Part shown: positions 58,499 to 64,000 of the stretch, piece by piece
Layout of the letters: each line of letters begins with the position of its first letter
Position numbering within the stretch: position 1 is the stretch's first letter
Source of the DNA: Pyrodictiaceae archaeon
GTDB lineage: Archaea > Thermoproteota > Thermoprotei_A > Sulfolobales > Pyrodictiaceae
NCBI GenBank assembly: GCA_027036135.1
Contig: JALVSY010000007.1
Location: 964,880-1,028,879 of the forward strand
Length of the DNA stretch: 64,000 nucleotides
Reading direction: 5' to 3'
Notes under the pieces: model-generated
Told to the model about the DNA's origin: nothing
Seen by the model: the letters and a program-made list of their open reading frames with translations, nothing else
The model's database searches: none
Made by a program: the position numbers and the translations under genes

Positions 58499-59056
58499 CT
58501 ATTCTTTACATGTTGCCCTTTGCGTCTTCTTATTAGTTACCTTGTTTATATGGATTTGGAGAAGGAATGCTAAGTCACTGAGCCTGTTCAATAGCTTAGC
58601 TATTGTTTCCTTCTTTGAGCTAGCTAGTTCTGCTTCAGCTATGCATCTCCAATAGCTCCTCTCTGCTCTACGAATTGTCGCTCTCGCGAAGGAAGTAGCT
58701 GCCGCTGCTGGGTGCCCTCCATTAAGCACGAAGAGCGGCTCTACTTCCGAGGCATACTCGTCTATGTATTCCTCTATGCGCTGGACATCGTTGCTATCTA
58801 TACAATTATGCCCGGCTAGCGTAAACCCTATGCGGAATAAGATCTTCTGCATATATTCTAGGACCTTGGCCTCCTCACTAAGGTTCGGTGCAAGCGCCTC
58901 TAATAGGCTCTGTGCGAGCCCAAGACTCGCCTCGGCCTCATCAAGTGCTCCAACGAACTCTATACAACTATGAGTTTTAGGTACTTTGCGCTTAGTTATA
59001 ATGCAATAAGTATAGCCCTCATCGCCGCTCCCTATTCGTGGCTTAAATACTCTCAT
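58499..59056 (-). CDS. pduO: PduO-type ATP:cob(I)alamin adenosyltransferase
   Basis: GDEGYT...VPK...GALDEA...RATIRRAER...LNRLSD motifs. Confidence 0.88.
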   Translation of the reverse strand: MRVFKPRIGSGDEGYTYCIITKRKVPKTHSCIEFVGALDEAEASLGLAQSLLEALAPNLSEEAKVLEYMQKILFRIGFTLAGHNCIDSNDVQRIEEYIDEYASEVEPLFVLNGGHPAAAATSFARATIRRAERSYWRCIAEAELASSKKETIAKLLNRLSDLAFLLQIHINKVTNKKTQRATCKE

Positions 59057-59293
59057 TCTTCGTCGCCGCCAGGAGAGCCCAGTGTAGTGTGGAGGGGATG
59101 GTATTGCTGAAAAATAGTGTTCGGACAGCCAGTACTAGGTCTCACGAGACTAGATATATAGTCGTGTAATCGCTTATCCCAGCTATGAGGAGCATCTGCG
59201 CAGGTATGGAGAATTCAATGACAAAGAAGACATCCAGGTATTCAGGGAAGAGCTTTAGTACACTAGCTACTCCGGCTGAGGAGGTGGTAACTG

Positions 59294-59788
59294 ATGCAAA
59301 ATACTAGTATAGACGAATTAGTCATTATTAGGAAGGCAAAGAAAGAGGATATACCAATAGTTATGTACATTAACAAGGTCTCCCTTCCGGAGAACTATCC
59401 GGAGTGGTTCTTTGAGGAGCACCTCGAGAGATGGGGTGAAGCATTCTACGTAGCCGAGGTAGGCGATAAAGTTGTTGGTTATGTGATGTCGAGGGTTGAG
59501 TTTGGTGCACCCTATGTGGTTGAGGGGAGCATTGTTAAGAAGGGGCATATAGTCTCTATCGCTGTTCTTGAGGGCTATAGGCGGAGAGGCATAGGCCGCC
59601 GATTAATGGAGAATGCGCTACGTTCCCTTAAGGAGGTATATGATTGTAAGGAGGTTTATCTTGAGGTCAGGGTATCTAATATGCCTGCTATTAGGCTTTA
59701 CGAGAAACTCGGCTTCAAGAAGGTACGTATTATCCCGATGTATTATCTTGACGGAGAAGATGCTTACCTAATGGCTCGGCCTCTATGA
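59294..59788 (+). CDS. N-terminal acetyltransferase (Ard1/RimI family)
   Basis: LPENY, GHIVSIAV...RRRGIG, LEVRVSN and YYLDGEDA motifs. Confidence 0.94.
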   Translation: MQNTSIDELVIIRKAKKEDIPIVMYINKVSLPENYPEWFFEEHLERWGEAFYVAEVGDKVVGYVMSRVEFGAPYVVEGSIVKKGHIVSIAVLEGYRRRGIGRRLMENALRSLKEVYDCKEVYLEVRVSNMPAIRLYEKLGFKKVRIIPMYYLDGEDAYLMARPL

Positions 59789-59858
59789 CTATTATTTGCA
59801 TCGATTACAAAATAATCAAAAAGGTTATGAAGAAGCTACGAAATATTGTTTATCTCAG

Positions 59859-60170
59859 TTACTTTAGCCCGAGTCTCTTTAACGCATAGTATACTGTTGA
59901 TTCGGGTCTATCGAGTCTCCTAGCAATCTCGTAGATACTTGCTCCCTGTGTATAGAGTCTCTTTATTTGTTCTAGTTCTTCTTCGCTTAGGCGCCTATGC
60001 TTAGTATAATGCCCTCTTCTCCTCTTTATACGACCCATCGCCTCTAGTCTGTCAAGGACCTTGTATACCGTGCTCATACTATTACCACAATGCTTCGCTA
60101 TCTCCTTGACAGGGACTCCTTCCTTATACAGCTTCTCCACTATCTTTAGGCACTCATCTACTGAGGGCAC
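59859..60170 (-). CDS. cbp2: CRISPR DNA repeat-binding protein Cbp2 (two tandem HTH repeats)
   Basis: Two repeats LY..G....EIA......STVY..L..L; closely matches recalled H. butylicus Cbp2 including Cys7 and Cys28. Confidence 0.85.
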   Translation of the reverse strand: MPSVDECLKIVEKLYKEGVPVKEIAKHCGNSMSTVYKVLDRLEAMGRIKRRRGHYTKHRRLSEEELEQIKRLYTQGASIYEIARRLDRPESTVYYALKRLGLK

Positions 60171-60254
60171 GCCTTATCCCCCCAAGCCTTCTCTGCTGGA
60201 GGGGCTTTTGAACATTCGGCTCCTTATAATACATAGTGAGGTGATGTCGCGGGC

Positions 60255-60494
60255 ATGAGCGGTGTTATACTTGTCTCGTCACGCAGTATAAGTGATGTGT
60301 GCCTATCTATAGGCTCTAGGGTGTTTACTCTCAAGAGCTTCATAGTTGTCAGAGACGATTCTGAAATAGGTATGCATGATATTCTACCTAGTGCTCTAGG
60401 CATGAGTAGTGCCCGTGATATCGTTGTTTGTTTAGAGAAGAGTGATTACCGATATGAAGGCTTTGACTTGGTAAGAGGATATTTAGTGGTCTAG
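60255..60494 (+). CDS. Small hypothetical protein
   Basis: 79-aa ORF with GAGGTGA SD upstream. Confidence 0.55.
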   Translation: MSGVILVSSRSISDVCLSIGSRVFTLKSFIVVRDDSEIGMHDILPSALGMSSARDIVVCLEKSDYRYEGFDLVRGYLVV

Positions 60495-60566
60495 GGGTAG
60501 TCCTAAATTCGGTTACGAGTGCACTATATCTACATGACTGTGCTCTCTCGTAGAGGTGGTGTCTCC

Positions 60567-60815
60567 GTGGGGGAAGAAAAAGTACTAGCTTATCTCCTAA
60601 TAGTCGCAGAGGTTGGTAAAGAGTACGAAATTATCGAGAAAATAAAGGATATAGCTCGTAATGTAGGGGTTGAAGCAGAACCCAGTGTAGTCTATGGTGA
60701 GTATGATATAGTAGTGCGTATAATATCGGATAGTCTTAGAAAGATAGATAAAGCTGTAACAATGATAAGATCCTTGCCCGGTATACTAAGGACTATAACC
60801 CTTATAGCTGCCTAG
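60567..60815 (+). CDS. Stand-alone Lrp/AsnC ligand-binding (RAM) domain protein
   Basis: AYLLI..EVGKE...VYGEYDIVV...IRSLPGILRTITLI; GTG start with GAGGTGG SD. Confidence 0.88.
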   Translation: MGEEKVLAYLLIVAEVGKEYEIIEKIKDIARNVGVEAEPSVVYGEYDIVVRIISDSLRKIDKAVTMIRSLPGILRTITLIAA

Positions 60816-61306
60816 TCAGCACTTATATTAATAACTAGTATATCTCCTTCCTCTTTCATCTCGACACCGTATGCCTTTGCAACGCCTTTTACAAGGTCCT
60901 TAATAGCCCTATCAGTTTTATTAGACACCATTACTATTATCTTGTCCTTCTCCTGTATGGCTGTCTTTAGGTTCTCTAGGAACAGCTCAATAGCTTCCTC
61001 TAGGCGCACTCCTAGATTCTTAAGCAGGATACCGATGCGCTCCCCTTCTCGCTCTAGGTCGTTCTCGTCTAGATTGCATTCACTAACTATATCTGCTGGT
61101 ATAAGTAAGAGTCCTGCTCCACGTAGCTTCGAGAGTAGTAGCGCTTTTCGTAGCGCTAGGGGCGCGAATAATCCTCGATTCTCAGCCTCGATGAGGTTTG
61201 TTAAGAGGCTACGCATGTAGGCAGCGAGGGTCATTCCATGTTTGTTAGCTATGTTCTTTACGGCATCGACTAATTCAGCGTCCAACATCATTGGCTTCCT
61301 ACGCAT
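60812..61306 (-). CDS. RHH-fusion protein (N-terminal ribbon-helix-helix, alpha/beta C-domain)
   Basis: RKPMMLDAELVDAVKNIANKHGMTLAAYMRSLL; GLLLIPAD motif. Confidence 0.75.
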   Translation of the reverse strand: MRRKPMMLDAELVDAVKNIANKHGMTLAAYMRSLLTNLIEAENRGLFAPLALRKALLLSKLRGAGLLLIPADIVSECNLDENDLEREGERIGILLKNLGVRLEEAIELFLENLKTAIQEKDKIIVMVSNKTDRAIKDLVKGVAKAYGVEMKEEGDILVINISAD

Positions 61307-61402
61307 GGTTGCCTAGTCCCGTGGGGCAGTATGCTGGTCCTAGCTTATAGGGGATTGGTTCCCTCAACTTGTTGAGTATTTCAATAAAAGAGTTTATACT
61401 GA

Positions 61403-61996
61403 TTAGGGTTCTTCTTCCCTCTTTTTCTTATCCCTGTACTCGATGATTACGATTGAGCCTAGTTTCTCGCTTGATAGTACCTGGTATCCCATTTCTTCTA
61501 TGATTGTTGATGCTATATCCCTTACATAGCTCGCCAATAGTTCCGAAGAATTACGTTGGCTCAGTGATATTATGAGGCGTTTCTCGCCATTTGTGTCATC
61601 AACTGTGTCTATTGTGGAGAAGGGGGTAAAGAGGGAAATGATATCCTTTGGCTCAAGGCCTTCAACGCCGTGTGCTTTCAGATAAACTGTTGCAGTACGA
61701 GCAAATTCTCGGACATGGTTTATGAACCGTGTCCTAGCCTCGTCGCTGCTCCCCTCAAGTAGTGCTAGCAATGCATCGCTAGGGATTACTACGGCGCCTA
61801 GCCTTTTGGTATCGGCTAGCATCACGCTATCACGGAATATAGTTGTTATATTGTCTCTGCCCTGAAGCATGCGGGCAGCATGTGCCAGCATAAGGCTGGC
61901 AAGCTCTGATATAGTAAGCCCTGTGCGCTTAGCGATCCCCATTAGGTCGCGTAGAACAGTCTCTGGGACCACTATGAGCTTCTTGGGCCCCTTCAT
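61403..61996 (-). CDS. RHH-fusion protein, probable paralog of 60812-61306
   Basis: KKLIVVPETVLRDLMGIAKRTGLTISELASLML; GAVVIPSD motif. Confidence 0.75.
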   Translation of the reverse strand: MKGPKKLIVVPETVLRDLMGIAKRTGLTISELASLMLAHAARMLQGRDNITTIFRDSVMLADTKRLGAVVIPSDALLALLEGSSDEARTRFINHVREFARTATVYLKAHGVEGLEPKDIISLFTPFSTIDTVDDTNGEKRLIISLSQRNSSELLASYVRDIASTIIEEMGYQVLSSEKLGSIVIIEYRDKKKREEEP

Positions 61997-62161
61997 TAAG
62001 TCCTCACGCCGCTCGCTACTCCAGAGATTATGCTGGTATTTCGGTTATATAAGACTAAGGCTAAAGGTAGGGACTTAGTTTTCTAAAGGGGATGTGGCGC
62101 GTTTTTATAATGTCGCTGAGTCTTGTAACCAGCTTTGTGCTAAGGTATACCGTTTAGGATT

Positions 62162-64000
62162 CTACTTGATTATTAATGCACTTTGTCCTATCTGTGCTAC
62201 TCTCTCAAGTATGGTTGTGGCTGAGACACAATCTGTTAAGCTAGCCTTGGTGATTCCGGTCGTGTATATATCGTTGGTATTAATTATTTTAACGCTGGTA
62301 CTAGGTGGCATCAATACCTTACAGCCTTGGCACACAACAGAAAGTGGTGAGGCGCTGAACACTTCAACATACTCGCCTGTATAATCTGGTTCTTGGAACT
62401 CTATCTTAGCTGATAATGAGCTTGGCAGATATAATTCCGAGACATTATAGGCGGTGGATTCGTAACTTTCTATTCCTTCGCCGGGTAACAGCAATAGCCA
62501 TGAGCCTTGCGGGACACGAGTATTTGTTGGCAGTATTGACAAGTGTATATAATCATCAATGCCACTGATAAAAGCTACACCAGTATTGCAGAAGAGACTA
62601 TCCCCTACATCATCAGTGTTGTTCGTTGTATCAACTATTAGCCTAGAGCCCTTACCCACTAATACGAGTTCTATTGCAAGTATAGCGTTGTTGGATAGAA
62701 GTCCTGCCTTATTAAAAAGCTTTCCCGGATCTATGCTTATTATGCCACTTAGTGCCTCGTTACTAGTGATTTTTGTTAAGTTTAATAATGTAGTCTTATA
62801 TACGGCCTTGATAACTTGATTAGACTTTGTAAGCTGTACTATCTGCATATCTACTGGGAGTCCAAGCCTCCACTCCGATAATGGAACAAGGTAGGCATAG
62901 ATAGCGATGTACTGAGGCGAGCTTCTATATGCTCCGTAAGTCTTAACAGTATATCCGCTCAATGGAGTATAATAAAATTCCCAAGAGAGCTTTCCTTGTG
63001 CATTGTACTGTACTGGTAGTACTCCATAGCTAAGTGTAATGGGTGCTGAGTCTCTACTAATAAGGAGTGGTATTAGTAATATATCAATGCTTCTGCTATA
63101 AAGACTTGATATAGACTTCTTTGTGCACACAGTAAAGCTATATCCATCACTAAGTCTTGTAGCTTTCTCCACTACTCTTGCATAGAAGAATGGAGGCGAC
63201 ATATTAGCCTCAACGAGCCAAGTGTACCGCCAGCCCCAGCCAGAGTACTCGCCAGCAGAATCGCCATATAACTGGATATGCAGGGGCAGTACAACCCTAT
63301 AATCCCTTATATGTAGCCATCCAGGCCGCTCAGCTACTAAGCTAGCATACTCGTACTCGAGATGCATAGCTACACGAGTAGCATTCTCGGGTAGTGGTGT
63401 ATGGTAAGAGTTGTCCCGGTATAAGCAACCAATCCCGGGCCTGCAGTAGATAGGGTATGATACATCAACTGTAAGATTGTTATCATACAGAGTGGCGCTA
63501 GCTGATACCCGTGACGGGATAAAACGGTACACATAGCTATTAGACCTGCCCAGAACTACATAATTGGTCTCGTTAATAACAAGGCCAGGTACTACACCAT
63601 ACTCGTTCAACAAGCTTAACGCATCATTGCTTACAAGAATACCGCGTATCCACAAAGGCTGTAACATAGATGAATAAGTATCCATGTTGCCTATATTATT
63701 CTTACATCCCTTAAGCAACGCTGACGCATTAACGATGTATCCGCTAAGACAATGCATATTTGGGTCAAGCTCGTATCTATAGATCCAGAACCCACCATTA
63801 CTACTATTCACGGTAATTACTACGTCCTCGTTGCAAGGTATATTGATATATACAGAGCCATTATCACTGCTGTAAGCTCCTACAACCCGGCCAGACAAAT
63901 CATAAACAATTACGTCAAATCGCCCCAACCCATTATCGTTAATCTTAAGCTCTGCAGCCAAGAACCCATCATTACAAGTATTGCTCAACGGTCCCAATTC
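62162..64000 (-). CDS. Large beta-rich, probably extracellular protein (5' end outside window)
   Basis: >=611-aa ORF rich in Ser/Thr/Tyr/Asn with many N-x-S/T sequons; reading frame continues to the window edge. Confidence 0.7.
   Translation of the reverse strand, partial: ELGPLSNTCNDGFLAAELKINDNGLGRFDVIVYDLSGRVVGAYSSDNGSVYINIPCNEDVVITVNSSNGGFWIYRYELDPNMHCLSGYIVNASALLKGCKNNIGNMDTYSSMLQPLWIRGILVSNDALSLLNEYGVVPGLVINETNYVVLGRSNSYVYRFIPSRVSASATLYDNNLTVDVSYPIYCRPGIGCLYRDNSYHTPLPENATRVAMHLEYEYASLVAERPGWLHIRDYRVVLPLHIQLYGDSAGEYSGWGWRYTWLVEANMSPPFFYARVVEKATRLSDGYSFTVCTKKSISSLYSRSIDILLIPLLISRDSAPITLSYGVLPVQYNAQGKLSWEFYYTPLSGYTVKTYGAYRSSPQYIAIYAYLVPLSEWRLGLPVDMQIVQLTKSNQVIKAVYKTTLLNLTKITSNEALSGIISIDPGKLFNKAGLLSNNAILAIELVLVGKGSRLIVDTTNNTDDVGDSLFCNTGVAFISGIDDYIHLSILPTNTRVPQGSWLLLLPGEGIESYESTAYNVSELYLPSSLSAKIEFQEPDYTGEYVEVFSASPLSVVCQGCKVLMPPSTSVKIINTNDIYTTGITKASLTDCVSATTILERVAQIGQSALIIK

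Noticed and set aside
59060-59290. sRNA in the pduO-acetyltransferase gap
   Set aside because: Only weak box-like words (ATGAGGA, TGGA, CAGG), with no terminal stem or recognisable guide
4832-62819. Many antisense or shadow ORFs of 60-211 aa inside real genes
   Set aside because: Ser/Leu-rich mirror frames of well-supported genes with no motifs

Overview
Gene-dense core-genome window from a hyperthermophilic crenarchaeon, most likely Desulfurococcales/Pyrodictiaceae. This is inferred from reverse gyrase, GatDE, Alba x2, topo VI, RadA, and a protein closely resembling Hyperthermus butylicus Cbp2. Most genes are housekeeping (gatD/gatE, rps30e, nadE, nnr, tbp, gap/pgk, tmcA, hisS, mtnA, top6B/A, deoC, glmS, thrS, radA). 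I saw no tRNA, rRNA, CRISPR array or transposase. The intergenic gaps hold about 15 box C/D guide sRNA candidates not explained by the ORF track; many have two guides complementary to neighbouring conserved 16S/23S segments. rRNA matches are from recalled conserved archaeal sequences, not from this genome. The most system-like locus is a CRISPR-free RHH-wHTH-Cas4-PHP-NurA-like operon with no adjacent HerA, divergent from an Lhr helicase and followed by an unexplained structured RNA. Also notable: an AT-rich three-gene type IV pilus island, an ASCH-HTH/Zn-ribbon pair, tandem RHH-fusion paralogs, a head-to-head DUF447/MptE overlap and a nested hairpin over the nnr stop codon. Protein calls rest on motif recognition only; no searches were run.
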